Shown here piece by piece: positions 35,851-49,632 of a stretch of DNA of 64,000 nucleotides. Made by a program: the position numbers and the translations under genes. Each line of letters starts with the position of its first letter. The stretch's first letter is position 1. The notes beneath the pieces are model-generated. The model was given only the letters and a program-made list of their open reading frames with translations. It ran no database searches and was not told the origin of the DNA. Source of the stretch: Azolla caroliniana. Its lineage: Eukaryota; Plantae; Polypodiophyta. The stretch covers positions 8,494,001 through 8,558,000 of the forward strand of contig JBHGNT010000002.1 in NCBI GenBank assembly GCA_043228905.1, given 5' to 3'.

Positions 35851-38800
35851 ACCTAGGGCTTTTGTGAAGATGTCAGTAACCTAGAGGTTCGTGTTGATAT
35901 GTTGTAAATCGATAATACCAGTATGAATGCGTTTGTGAATATAATGATAGTGCACTTCAATGTGTTTAGTCCGCGCGTGGAATACCGGGTCCCCCCGAGT
36001 GAGGTAGATGTTGCTCATGTTGTCGCAGAAGAGGCGAATTGGATCCGTGATGGGAACACCCAGATCCTTCAGGATGCGTTTGAGTCGGACAGCTTCGCAC
36101 ACGGCGACTGTTGTACCCCTGTATTTGGCCTCCGTGCTCGAAATGCGACTATCGGTTGTTTAGTGCTACTCCAAGAGATCACTCCGTTTCCGGGGGAGAA
36201 GACAAATCTGGAAGTGGATCATCTATCGGCCTAATAACCGGCCTAGTCTGCATCCGTGTACCCTTTTAGTCGAATAAGTGTATTCGACTTATACATGACG
36301 TCATAATCCATCATCGTACTGACATACCAAAGTATCCTCTTAGGGAGATCAAGATGATCATTTCGTGGTTTTTGCATGAATTGCCTAAGTAGGCCAACCG
36401 AATAGTTAAGATCAGGTCATGTGATGGTTAGATAGATTAGGTTGCCGATAAGTTGTCGATACTGAGTCAACTTGCACTCGGTTGTGCCCGAATTGACATC
36501 AAGCTTGAGATTTCGGTGGAGAGGGGTAGACACAAGTTTTTACTCAGTCATTCCAAACTTGTAGAGTAAGTTGAGAACGTAGTGCCATTGGGTGATCAAT
36601 ATTCTGACTGGTGTCCGAATTACTTCGATAACAAGTAATGGAGCTCGTGCATATCTTTCATTTTGAATATGCCGGATAGGAGCGATTTTACCTAATTAAT
36701 CTCAACAAGATCCTTTCCTCTGATTACTAGATCATCCACGTACAGGATGATGACAATTGGGTTGTTCAACTCATTTCGGATGTACAGGGAGTTGTCCAAT
36801 TTCGACACTCGAAAGCCAATTTGATGAAGATATTGAGATATATACGAATGTCAATCACGTGGTGCTTGCTTAAGGCCGTAGAGTGTCTTCTTTAGTCTAC
36901 ACACTGCTTTCGGATGATTTTTCGATTCGAATCCTGGTGGTTGTACCATGTACAACTCCTCTTCTAATTCACCTTGAAGAAAGGCATTCTTGACGTCGAT
37001 TTGGTGGATATGCCATCCTTTCGCAGCTACGAGTGCAATTACGGTCCACATAGTCGTCATCTTTGCCACCGGGGCAAAGGTCTCCTCGTAATCGACTACG
37101 TGCATTTGTGCGTATCCTTTTGCAACGATTCGTGCTTTGAAGCAATTTACGGAGCCATCGGCATTATATTTGACCTTATAGATCCATCTGCAACCAATCA
37201 TTTTCCTATGAGGTGAATGGGGAACAATATCCCATGTCTCGTTTTTACACAAGGCTTGCATTTCTTCATTCCTCGCATCGACCCATTGCGGGTCCTTCAC
37301 GGCTTCGGAAAGTGTTTCCGGCTCTCGCACAGTTGCGACCTTCATCATAAAGGCGTAATGATACACCATGTACTCATCATAGCCGAATCGGCTTACGAGG
37401 TTCTTTTCACGGGTGGATCGGCGTAGCTTCTTGTTCGCAAAGACTAATGTTTTATTCGCTCCATTCATTTAGATGATCGGGATGTCCAGGACTTCGAACT
37501 CACTGTCAAGGGAGTGAGTTGACTCGTTGTCAATTGGATCTTCGTATTTGGACATCTTGGCCTTCCCTTTGTCTAGTTTCGGACTCGGCCGAGATATGCA
37601 TTGGTCACTGGGGGCTCCTGTGGTCCACTAAGCGTTGTGGTAATCGGACTTCCTTCAAACATTTGTCCGAGTCAAAATTCGTCTTCTACCTTTCGTTCGG
37701 CCAATTCCGGGTCAACTGATCGAAGGCATCGTACATGCCGACCCGTGGCTTTTTCGACTTCATTTTTAAACTTCACTCTTCTACTGCATAGGGTAGAACC
37801 AGGTGTGCCTAGAGAAGTTGTCGATGAACACTTTGCTCTTCTACCACATAGGGTAGAACTAGGTGTGCCTGGAAAAGTCGTCGATGAACGTGACATAGTA
37901 GCGGCAACCTCCACATGTTGCGGTCTGGGCTAGTCCCCACACATCTGAATGTATTACATCCAAGATCCCTTTACTCACATTCCTCTCTTTCATAAATGGA
38001 TCTCGGCGTTTTTTTCCGAACTGGCACGCCTCGCATTCGCCCGTAATCTCCTTCTCGGTAAAGTTCGGGAGTCCAATTATCACTCCTTTCGATTGCATGT
38101 TTTGGAGCTTCTGGAGATTAATGTGACCAATTCTCTTGTGCAACAGTTCCAAGTTGGTTTCAACATTAACGCCTTTCGCGAACATGGCCGATTTCACCTC
38201 TTCTGATTCGAGGATGAACATTCGGCCTTCTCGGCGACCATGCGCTATGATTTGATCGTCCTTTTCAATGAAACACCCTTCATTATTCAATCGTACTTGC
38301 ATACCTTGTTTGAAAATCTGGCCAACTGAGACAAGGTTTTTCGTGATGGTTGGGACATGCAAGACATTCTTGAGGTAGGTTTGTTTGCAGTCATTTCCAA
38401 ATGGAACATTTCCGACATGCCGAATTGGGTGAGTCATATCATCTCCGGTTTCAACATAGCCGGGCCAATCAGGCTTTCGTAATTCTCGGAACCAATCTTC
38501 ATGGGACGTTGTCGCGTTGTTACGCACGTGCGTGGAGAAATAGGTGGGTCCACCGGGGTCTTGGACCGAGAAATAGCTAAGAAGGAGGAGAACGGAAAGG
38601 CAACGGACGCACTTGCACACGCATAGACACGGGAGCACACAGGAATCACAGTCCAACAACACAGCAAAACGAGACGACTAGAAGTCCAAGTATATGAACA
38701 CGTATGTATATAAATGTATATATCAAGACTGTTACAACTAACAGGCCAGCAAGGCGCACACCGACGCATGTTCACTCACACACACAAAAGAGCGAGATGG

Positions 38801-39259
38801 AGACTCTGACGAAAGCACACGGGCGTCAACCTCTCGAAAACCTGCGCAAAAATGGCTATGGAGAGTGGCAGAGGAGAAGGGCTCGGTCCCAGTCCGGCAG
38901 CCCTTCGTCCTCTCTAACGCGCGATACTTTTTTCATTCCTCTCCCTCTCTTTTATAGCCCAAGGAGGGAGGTCGTTATCATCCGTTACATCATATTAATT
39001 CTCTGTCCTTTCGGACATAGATACAATTCGATTCTCTCCCTATTGAATGCGTGCTACCTAGGATTTCACCTCAACCGACTTGTACCTACCTACCTACTAT
39101 ACAACGAAAAGTGTGCTTGCGTGTAAGCGCTGGTTTACACATGCTAAACTCGGTTTCCGCCTAGGGACGGTTTTCTTCACGACATCCGCCCCCACCTAAC
39201 CGCGCATCCACCGGTATGCGCCAAAATTGGGCTCTTGCTGGAGAAAACCGGTCCATGCT

Positions 39260-42200
39260 TTACTCCTCGTCTTCCGGTTCGTCATCCGCCTCGGACCGCC
39301 CGTCGTCGCCGTCCACGCTTCCTAGATCCGGCACCCACTCGTGTCGTTTCTTAAACGCTTTGACCCTCTTCCCCGCTACCGGTATTGCCATCCTCGTACC
39401 GTCGAGCTCCGCAAGATGGTAGGTCCTGCTGTCGTTGGCACCCGTCACTACGTAAGGCCCAAACCACCTCCTTGCAAACTTCCGTGTTGCCCTGTGCTGG
39501 TTGTTGAGGCTGCTGTCATACACCAGGACCCAGTCGCCTTCCTCGATTTTCTTCGGTCGCAGTCGGTGAGTCCGGTCAAACCGCCCTTTGTTCTTCAACC
39601 TTGCCAACCGAAGCTTCTCCACGGCTTGTTCCATGTCCTCCGGCCTCCGCTCGAGCTGTTGAATCCGTGCCACTAGCAGCTCCTCTCAGCTCATCTCATC
39701 TCTCCAGTCCACCGTGGCCCATGAGGAGATCGTCCGCTCCGTCGGCATGGTCGGCTTCTGTCCGTACATAAGCTCCGCCGGCATGAACCCGATTACCGAA
39801 CTGTGCGTAGTTCGGTCCGCCCATAAGGCATAAGGTAGCAGTCGTGGCCAGCTCCTGACTTGGCCTCTGCACGCCCGTACTAGCGCTTTGACTATCAGCC
39901 CGTGTATGTGCTCCACCTTCCCGTTAGCCTCCGGATTGTACGTTGTGGTGAGCGAGAGTTTGACCCCTAGCCGGTCAAACAACTCTTCGGCCTCTTGCGC
40001 GTCCAACTCTCTGCGGTCAGCCACGATCTTCCCTACGCTCCCGTACCGACATATCACGTCCTTGATCAGGAACCAGCACACAGCCGTGGTCATTTTGTTC
40101 TGTAGTGCTCGGCCTTCAACCTGGTTCGTCAGATCCTCATGAGCCAGCACCAGATACGGCATATGTCCTACCCCCATCGGCATTGTCACCAAATCCACCA
40201 TCCATTTGAAGTGGACGGTCGGAGGGTAAGTCGGGTGGAGCTCGTCCCGGTGTCGGACTATGGAGTGCAACTGACAGCTTTTGCAAGTCATCACAAACCA
40301 ATGCACGTCCCAGTACAGTCCCGACCACCAGTACTTTCCTTTTAGCTTCTCAAACGTCCCGCGGTGTCCGGCCTAGGGACTCTCGTGGTATGCCGACAGC
40401 AACTCTTCCTGCTCCTCTTTCTTTGACACCACTCGAAGCGGGATGCCGTCCCTTTTCTTCGGGTGCTTCCATATGTACCCGTCTCGTACGAAGAATCGGT
40501 AAGCTTTCTTCCGGATCCTGTTGGTCTCTTCCTTCGTCCACACCGCGTCCGGTGTCATTGTTCTTAGGAACTCGCCAATCTGGAGCCACTCCTCGTCATA
40601 CTTGCTCTCGTCGAAGTCGTTAAGCGCAGGAGTGCTCCCCTTTCCGGCTGTTATGTAAGCCGCCTCGAAGAAGTCTACGCCGACTTCCTCGTCCACCGAA
40701 ACCATGCCGTCCTCGTCTTCAAACCTTGCTCTTGAGAGCATGTCGGCCATGGCGTTGTCTTTTCCGTAAATGTGTCGAATTTCCGGATTCAAGGACTTGA
40801 TGCACGCTATCCACCTAAGCATTGCTAGGTCCGGTGTCGCTCATCCGGAAACCATGTCGAGATTCGGCAGGCAGTCCGTCTCGATTATTACCTCTGTCCC
40901 GATTAGGTAGTCTTTATCGGCCTTGACCACCGAAACGATACCCCAGAGTTCGCGTTTAACCTGGGCGTATCCTCGCTGTCACTCACTGAGGACCTTCGCA
41001 CCGAACCGGATGGGGAATCGCGTGCCATCATCATTCTCTTGGTTGATCACCCATCCGATCCCGGTCGGACTCGTATCAACGATTACGTAAATCGGAGTGT
41101 CTTTACTGTAGACAGCTTTTCGGAGCGCCGGTGCCACGGCAAGTTCTTCTTTCATCTTCCGGATCGACTCCGTATGCTCGTCTCCCCACTCGAATTTACG
41201 CCCTTTCTTCAACAACCCATACAGCGGCTCCCCGACGTGGGCATAATGCGGGATCCAGATATGGTAGAACGCGCATGCTCCCAAAAATCTCTGAACCTCC
41301 GTAACTGAATTGCAGTCAGGCTTCATCGCGGAGATGGCTTCCACCTTGGCCGGAGACAGTTTCCGATCGTATGGCCCGCATAGGTGCCCGACAACCATGA
41401 TCTCTAATTGTCCGAAGGCCGATTTTTCCCCGGAGAAGGTGAGCCTCTCGCCTTTCAGTCTCTACAGCACCCTCTCGCAGTCATCGATGTGAGTCATCAC
41501 GAATTTCTGACATCCGTCCGGTCCGATCGTCTCGTCCCTTTCCTCTACCAGGCAACCTTTGAACGTGATGTCGTCCAAGAATGGCATGGTGATGTCTGGG
41601 ATACAATCTCTCAACACCTTGTTCATTGCGTTCACCATGTGGGCCGCCGAGTTCGTCCCTCCTTGCGGTAGGGTACACATCCGCACTAGGCCCAGAGGAG
41701 TCCGCATCGTCGTAATGTCCCTGCTCTCCACGGCTAGTTGGAACTGATCGTACCCCAAGTACAGATCACCGACCGAGTAGATCGACCTTCCGGCGAACGC
41801 CTCCACGAACTCGTCTATTGTCAGTCCAATTCCCGCGTTCCGAATGGTCACCTTGTTGACCGGTTGCAAGTCTTGAATAAAACGCAACGTGTCGTTCTTC
41901 TTTGGCACGGTAAACCACCGATTCGAGTATGGTTCACTGGACGGTTCGAGGATGCCCATATCGACCTTCTGTTTCAATAGCTCCATCAGCTTCGGGATGT
42001 GAGCTCTGGGTACCGAAATCAGTTTGAGGTTACACGGCACATGCGGTACTGTGAAGATCACCATCGATTCCACAACAGTCGGGTCTACGCACCCGATCTC
42101 CTCCAGTGAGAACGCAAAAGCCTTTCCGTGCCTCCCGAGCATTCTCCGAAACCAGTCCTCTTCCGCCGACAGTAGAAAGCCACCCCCACCGATCTTGAGC

Positions 42201-42745
42201 CCTTGCAGCGTTATATCAGTGAAGGTGTCTCCTATGCTGGCCGTATCTCGCAAACTCGGGTCCGACACACCCCCCTTTACTCGTAACTCACTACCCTCTG
42301 GTAAGGGTGCCGCTACTGGCCTCACCTTCCGGTCCACAGTCTTGTACTTTGTGCCCACCCGGGCCGTCTGATCCGACTCGAGCCCGTTACAGAAGTCGGC
42401 GATGACTTCGTACATCCCCTCCGAACATACCGGAATCATCCGGTCCTTTTTAAGGCCTCCTCCGACCACCTCTCGTAACTGTCCCAAGGTGTCGTCGAAA
42501 AAGACCGCCTCCATGGCTCCGTTGATTTCCTCTCCAAGGCCGAGGACTCCGCATGCCTGAAGTCGCTCCTCCGCCCTCTTCTTCTCCCACCCAACGACCC
42601 CGACAATCATACAACCCCTGTTGTCGGAGAACCAAAATTTCCTACCTATGGTACAGGTCTTCTTCCCTACTGTACATTTGTGGGGTTTTCCCTGGGTGTC
42701 CGAACTATCGCGGCCCCACGCCTTGATAGCCCTCTCTAAAAATCC
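39260..42745 (-). pseudogene. Gypsy-3 pol (RT-RH-IN)
   Basis: LRFIQDLQPVN, PFLDDI, VDTSPTGIGWVI, WMVDLV..YNPEANGKVE, WFGPY; interrupted by stops and frameshifts. Confidence 0.9.
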
Positions 42746-44852
42746 CCTCGGGTTTTGCCTCCGAGGGTCTCGCAGTTACGCTCATGGTTTGGTCGCACCG
42801 TCAGGAACTGGACCGAGTGACGCCCGTCTTGACTCTTGACTCTTGCATAGGCCGAACCGTTCTCCAGCACCTTGGTCTCCATCCGTGCCGCCGTGATGTA
42901 TGGTTCTCCTAGTATAACCGGATGTGAGGACGTCTCCTGTACGAAGAACTGCTGGTCGATCTCGACATCGCCGATTTTCACCCGTACGTTCGGGCAGGCT
43001 CCATGTAGTTCTTCCGTGGCGCGTGTCGCTGCCCGTATTTTCCAGCCGTGTTTGGTGTTCATCGGCCATTTCCCCCTTTTGAAGTCCATGGAAATCAAGT
43101 TGATTTCTGAACCGTGGTCCACCAACGCCACCACCGGCTCCTGGACATCCCCGATCTTAACAGGGGTCTCCATGGTCGCTCTGGCCCAGTGCAGCCTTGA
43201 ATAGTGGCTTTCTGCCAACTCTTCTTCTAGCGCCATGTCCTCTATCTGCGTCGTTCGCACTTCCACCAGCTTCTCCGGCTCTAGCTCTGTCGACAACCTC
43301 TTCCTCTTCACCAAGTCTACGATGGAGTCGTGGAACTTCTTCTTGGCGATCCCGAGCACTTCCCTCAGCGACAACTCCACTTTGTTGTCGAGGATACGTT
43401 CCTCCAGGACCTTTCGTAGGTCCGTGGTCCTTTCGATTTCCGTGCTCAACCGGTACCCGGCCTTCTTGGCTTTATCCGGCGCGCCGGTCGCACCGGCCTC
43501 ATTCTGCCTTTGACCGAATCGGGTCTCGTACCGTTGCAAGGGCCCAGCCCCTCCGGGTTTACCTACTCGCTTGTCTTCCACCAAAGCCTCGTAGTTCTGG
43601 CATGCGGCTTCAATGAAGCCCGTCTTCTCTTCGACCGGGTCACTCCACCCGGTTACCTCCTGGACCCGTTTTTCCGCGCAGTCCGCTTCTTCTATCTTTA
43701 GTCGTGCGCCGGCGAGGCCTTCCATCATTAGCGGCCAGAATCCGGCTTCGTTTGTCTTCCGGGCCTCACCACCTCCGACCCGGATCCCAGCTGACGCCGA
43801 GTAGTGAACAGTCTCCGCATGGCGAGCCGCCGCTTCTTCCATCAGTCGTTTCATACCCCCTCGTCCGAGATTCAGGTCCAGGGCCCTTCGGGTCTCGCTA
43901 GCGTGCACCCAACCGTTCCATAGGTACACCACATTGGCTCTCATTGCCTCGGCGAAGTCCCCGCAATCCCTCCGGACGTGGCCGACTGCGTCGCACCACA
44001 AACACTGGTTTCCAGCCAGAGGCTTTCGGTCGCGGGCTTGTTCGCCGTCGTCCCTCCGTGCCTGTGCAATCTGGAGGTCTTTTACCATCCTAGTCAGCTC
44101 CTCTAGAGCTGCTCCTCCGGACGAACCTTTGACCATGCCGGTCGAAGTTGATCCGGTCTCGAGCCAGTCTCGGGTCTCTTCCTTTCACGCTGGCGGGGTT
44201 GGCTCGAGTTTCCTTGCTGCTACAGAGCCCGCCCCTGTTGATCCTTTATCGACCCACTCTCGTCGTTTATCTAAACGACCACAGACTCTCTTCACCACGG
44301 CCCAGTCGGCCGTCAGCCCGTCATCAGTCTCCAGCAGGAGACCCACTTGCTCCCGGTCCCTCGCATCCACCGACTTAACGAACAGCAGGATGCGACTTGT
44401 GTCTAGTACGGTCTGGTCGAGCGTCGAAAGATGCGCGAAGCGTTCTTCAAACTTCCGGAGGAGCACCGACGCGTTTCTCCCCTTTTCGGGGGTCTCTACC
44501 CATTCCATGAAGTCTCGTTTCGAGAGTCGAAGCGCGTCATCAAGCCTATATTTTTCGAGGAGCCGAACTCTTCCCAGGTCCGGCTCTTAGCCCGTACCTC
44601 AAGAACCTCCGCATGGATGCCCAGCATCACCACCCAAGGGAATCCAGTCAGTCGCCTTTCTTCCGGAATGTCTCTCATTACCATCTCGGCCCGGTAGGCC
44701 TCCAAATAGCTCGTGGCGTCCTTCCCACTGAACCGGCCTATCGTGCCGACGACCGCTTCAATAGCCCTATCGAGGGCACCTGCACCTTCGCGCGCACTCA
44801 CTATCCGATCCATAGCCGAAGCCATGGCTTCCACGAGATCCGACCCCCTCAT
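42736..44852 (-). pseudogene. Gypsy-3 gag-protease
   Basis: CLWCDAVGHVRRDC knuckle and ALVDHGSEINL aspartic protease; frameshifted in the 5' part. Confidence 0.88.
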
Positions 44853-44875
44853 CTTTCTATTCCTCTACCGCTCAT

Positions 44876-44893
44876 TTCACGTCGGGTTCACCA
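44876..44893 (-). promoter_or_regulatory. Primer-binding site complementary to tRNA-Trp
   Basis: The plus strand reads TTCACGTCGGGTTCACCA, matching the 3' 18 nt of plant cytosolic tRNA-Trp as I recall it. It lies 4 nt from the 5' LTR. Confidence 0.8.
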
Positions 44894-46659
44894 AATATGT
44901 CACATTGTTACGCGTGTGCATGGAGAACGAGGCGGGACCACCAGGGTCTTGGATCGAGAAATAGCTGAGAAGGAGGAGAATGGAAAGGCAACGGACGCAC
45001 TTGCACACGCACAGACACGGGAGCACACAGGAATCACAGTCCAACAACACAGCACAACGAGACGACTAGAAGTCCGAGTATATGAACACGTATGTATATA
45101 AATGTATATATCAAGATGGTTACAACTAACAGGCCGGCAAGGCGGACACCGACGCCTGTTCACTCACACACACAAAAGAGCGAGATGGAGACTCTGCCGG
45201 AAGCACACGGGCGTTCCACGGAGCAGAGTCAGCCTGTCGAAAACCTGCGCAAAAATGGCTATGGAGAGTGGCAGAGGAGAAGGGCTCGGTCCCAGTCCGG
45301 CAGCCCTTCGTCCTCTCTAAGGCGTGATACTTTTTTCATTCCTCTCCCTCTCTTTTATAGCCCAAGGAGGGAGGCCGTTATCATCCGTTACATCATATTA
45401 ATTCTCTGTCCTTTCGGATAGAGATACAATTTGATTCTCTCCCTATTGAATGCATGCTACCTAGGATTTCACCTCAGCCGACTTGTACCTACCTACTTAC
45501 TATACAACGAAAAGTGTGCTCGCGTGTAAGGGCCGGTTTACACATGCTAAACTCGGTTTCCGCCTACGGACGGTTTTCTTCACGACAACGTCATGTGATT
45601 TGATGCTCCCAAGTCGACAAACCATATGCTATCTAAACACGAGGTGCTCCTGGGGGCCTATGCTGACATTGAATGTGCTTCATGCCTCATTATGAACATC
45701 CCGCCACAATCGTCAGAGTCGGAATTTGAAGCGTAGTTTGTGAGTTGCCGGCTAGTCGAAGCCAAGTCCCCTATCTTTTTTTCGACACGCCTCTTCATAG
45801 TGGTAGTGTTTTGCACAATACCCGCATTCGATCAAGTTGTTACGATTGCTAGGTCCAGGGGGGTGGCTCCCCATTCTGCCGAACTCTTTGGGGTTGTTCC
45901 TGTCCCCTTGCCATTGGTGGGACTTACGCTCTTGGGTCGGCCGATCGTGTCAGCCTCTTCTATTTCCACGATCGAATCCTCTTCTATCATCCGACTATGA
46001 GTAGAGCATCTGACCATCAGGCGCATTGTTCTTTTGTCGAACGTTATTTTCTTCGACCAACAGAATCAATTGAAGGTCGAAAAAGGAGGGAGGGTTCTCC
46101 CTCGTAAGAATGGCCAATCTGATCGTGCCGAATCGAGGTGTCAAGCCACCGAGGCATATTTGCACCATTTTTCCATCATCGATAACAACATTAATCGAAC
46201 CGAGGGCATCACACAACACCTTGATCTTCAAGGTATAGCCGGTGATCAACATGTCCCTTTGTTGCATGTTGTTTAGCTCCTGTCAAAGTTGGAGCTTTCG
46301 TGTAGCTATATTGGCCACAAAAATCTTCTTGAGATCTCCCCAAGCTTCTTTCGGCGTTTTCGTGTCTCGAATATAGTTGAGCATGTGGTCATGATTCTGT
46401 GCAGCGGAAGGACTGTGTGTGTATGTGCACGTGAGACAAGAGAGAATGAGAGAGAGAGAGAGAGAGCTCTAGACAAGAAACTGTATATTACATCCAACAG
46501 TAACTAAGTTACAAAAGTTTGGTTTAAATACCAATTGATCTAGGGCAAATGCCCTTTCTACTAATTACAATTCTAGCCTACTTTGATGTCCACAAGCTAG
46601 TGTGAACACTGTCTCTATGGGAAGTTGAGTTTGATTCTCAACACTATAAAACACCTTAT

Positions 46660-47061
46660 GTATGCATCCGACTTCAAATGCGTGACTTCCCATGTCAATG
46701 CATCGATCTTGTGTGGCTTCATCTTGCCGTATTGCACCAGCAGCCACAAGTCTTTGCACAAGAGCATATCCCACATCTTCGACTTCCACCCTAAATAGTT
46801 GGAGTCGGTTAACTTGAACATTCCACCGAAATGTTCGTCCATCGCTTCGATACCACTTTGTATGCATCTGACTTCAAATGCGTGACTTCCCATATCAATG
46901 CATCGATCTTGTCTGGCTTCGTCTTGCCGTATTGCACCGGCAGCCACATGTTTTTGCACAAGAGCATATCCCACATCTTCGACTTCCACCCTGAATAGTT
47001 AGAGTCGGTTAACTTGAACATTCCACCGAAATGTTCGTCCATCGCTCTGATACCACTTTGT
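46660..47061 (-). repeat. 200-bp tandem duplication of the Copia-2 PBS and gag start
   Basis: ATCGCT(TC/CT)GATACCACTTTG at 46841 and 47041; MDEHFGGMFKLTDSNY occurs twice. Confidence 0.88.
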
Positions 47062-47625
47062 TAGGATCGAAACCCACCACGACCAGTTGCTTGTATATGT
47101 ACATATATATATATATATATATTCGGATGCAAAGAAACGAGTAACGCAATGCATAGATAGAAAAACAATAAAAATAGAGACACAATATTTAACGTGGAAA
47201 ACCCGAAAGGGAAAAACCACAGGAGTCCTCGAATTCCGAACTAGATCACTATAAGGGGAGGAGTACAACAAGAAGCTCCAAGGCAACAACCTTGAGCTCT
47301 CCTTCATCAGAAACATAGTTGTAGAGTTACTCAGTCTCTCACACACACATAGTTACAGAGGCAACTACCTTCTCTAACTATACAAAAATAATCAACAACT
47401 AATGACTCCACCCCACCATAAAGTTTGCCCTAGTTGTATTTATACTTATACAATTTTCTGGCTATTTACATACATAGCCCACAAAGGGTCACGTTTAAAC
47501 TATTTACATATATGGTCTCCCGATTTTGGTTTTAGGTTTTCTATCTTGGCCTCGGCCGAAATACTCATTGACTCCATCCGATTCGGTTCATTCTCTTCCC
47601 GTTAGGAGGGACTTGTTTCCCAACA
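47059..47625 (-). repeat. Copia-2 5' LTR
   Basis: TGTTAGG...CCAACA; matches the split copy at 25370-32148. Confidence 0.92.
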
Positions 47626-47671
47626 CATTTTTCTTACTCATCAATGTAAAATTATAGAAATTTAAATCCAC

Positions 47672-48125
47672 TTTTGAGATATTAAGCTCAACTAGGTTTA
47701 AATATTTTGTCAATTATGTAACTTAGTAATTATATTTAAATAGAATCTAGTTAGTGTGTTGACTATAAAGCCTTAAATAGGAAATTGTACTTAAGGGGAT
47801 ACATTCTAGATCCTCCACTCCCAAGTACATTTAATATAGAACTTACATCCTTGTACCTATATTCTCCTCGCACATGTGCACCCTTACACATGAAATGTAT
47901 ATATGTACCTCATTATAGTATTTTTATAACTTGATGATGTTTATTAATATAGAGAGCTTGGTTATCTAGTTATACTCTTGTTAATCATCCCCCATCTCTC
48001 TTCCTCTCCTACTCACACATACACACACATATCATATAATCTTCCACTGCTTAATCACATACGTGATTAACTACTCACATAATTAGACACTAATTAACCC
48101 TTAGTTAATTAACTAATTATTAACA
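47672..48125. mobile_element. Solo LTR
   Basis: TSD TCCAC on both sides; ends TAACA; inverted homolog of 57485-58710. Confidence 0.8.
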
Positions 48126-49632
48126 TCCACAAATTAATTGTGAGCTTGGAGATTATTTTAAGCAATAATGTACGAAGATGAAAATAATTCAGCCATAATA
48201 ATGCAAGAAGAAATCACCAACTTAAATTTTATGTACCTATAAAAGTCATCGAGACTTACTTTAATAAACTTTACAATAAACAACTTTCAATAGTAATGGA
48301 ACTTTTGATCCTCCTATATATACATATATTATATGGTTCCACAAATTTTGTGCAATGCGTTATTGAACTCGTTCCCCATATTATCCACGAATTTTGGGGA
48401 AAGGGAACACATAACAACAAAATTAAAGAGAGCATGCCCATAGTTCTTGATTATTGGTTTTGATGAAATTGAAGGTAATTTGTTCTAAACATGAATTGAT
48501 ATATGAGGACACGTTTTACATGATGATAACATTTGTTGATGACCTAGTTTAAAATATTCATCATGTCACTGTAATAAATACAAATAAATTGATACTTAAG
48601 AAAGACTAAAAGTTACAACTTAACAAAAACTTTACTATAGGTGGAACCTTAAACTATTTTAATATCGATATTCGGAGATGTTATATTATCATGATTTTAT
48701 ATTTAAACTAAATAAAATCTGGTCAACGTTCTCTTAACCTAGTTTTCATAATGTTGTGGTTGAATCTGTGTACGAAAGGTGATAGGAGAGGAGTATCATG
48801 ATCACACCTTGGTTTATGTTTGTGATTTATGAACACAATTTTACATATACCTTCCAAACTACCATGCAAAACCGTGAACTTAATAACTATGAATTGGGGG
48901 TGTTTATGCGGCCCTTTCCGGTGAGAAGTTATCATGATTTGAATTTTTTAGGATGGTTAACTACATAAGTGCTTAACATGGTACTAAATAAAACTCACAG
49001 TTTTATCTTACCGCTTTCATACACATGTTTAACTTATAGTTTTTTTATATGAAATTAGAGCATTCATATGATTTCATAATATGTAATAGAGATGTTGGGT
49101 TGTAAAAGCAATTCGAGTATTCTTTTTTAACAAATGGCTATCTCATTAGCATCAATATCATGGGAATGAACTTTTCTAGAAATATTATATATTCGATATA
49201 TTTAGGTATTGATCACTCAAATTATAAGACAACTTGAAAGTTAAAGTATAGCATTTGTGGAGGCTTTTTATGAGGAATTTTGTATTGACTTCACATGGAC
49301 AACTATAAAAAATGTCTATCTTATAGTTTGGTGTGTGATAAAACATTTATTAATAGATTATAAGGAGAAGTACCAGGATACCCCTAGAAGTTCGTCTATT
49401 TACCAGAATGCCCCTGGAAGTTCCAAATTTACCAAACTACCCCTATGTCCAAAAAAATACACTTTATAAAGTAATTATACACTCAAATCTACAAGCCTTA
49501 TTTACCAAAGTACCCTTAAACCTAAACTTATTTACCATAATGCCACTATATACCTATTTTGACCAATTTATACCACTTTTATTTTTCAAAATACATCATA
49601 AATCAAATTAAATTATCAAAATTATATTATAC

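Larger units (their letters stand above)
38510..45587 (-). mobile_element. Ty3/Gypsy element Gypsy-3, full length, decayed
   Basis: LTRs 38510-39184 and 44898-45587. 4-bp TSD ACGT, whose removal restores host protease NHMTSHEDW. PPT AGGTGGGGGCGGA. PBS at 44876-44893. Confidence 0.94.
35855..46643 (-). mobile_element. Decayed Copia element Copia-3 (3' LTR lost), inserted in Copia-2 gag and split by Gypsy-3
   Basis: RNase H CDNMSNI..HARTKHIEVHYH; [20 protein letters not shown]; GAG-pre-integrase LHKRIGH; gag at 45600-46400; LTR start TGTTGAG at 46643. Confidence 0.85.
25370..47625 (-). mobile_element. Ty1/Copia element Copia-2 (related to Copia-1), heavily nested
   Basis: Perfect TSD CATTT (25365-25369 and 47626-47630). 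5' LTR 47059-47625; PBS TGGTATCAGAGC at 47044-47055. 3' LTR split into 25370-25529 and 31749-32148; its PPT is deleted. Confidence 0.92.

Noticed and set aside
35576-35856. ER-repeat and SL-repeat ORFs
   Set aside because: These are translations of the (CT)n microsatellite.
44876-44893. tRNA-Trp gene
   Set aside because: Only the 3' 18 nt including CCA are present, next to an LTR, so it is a PBS.
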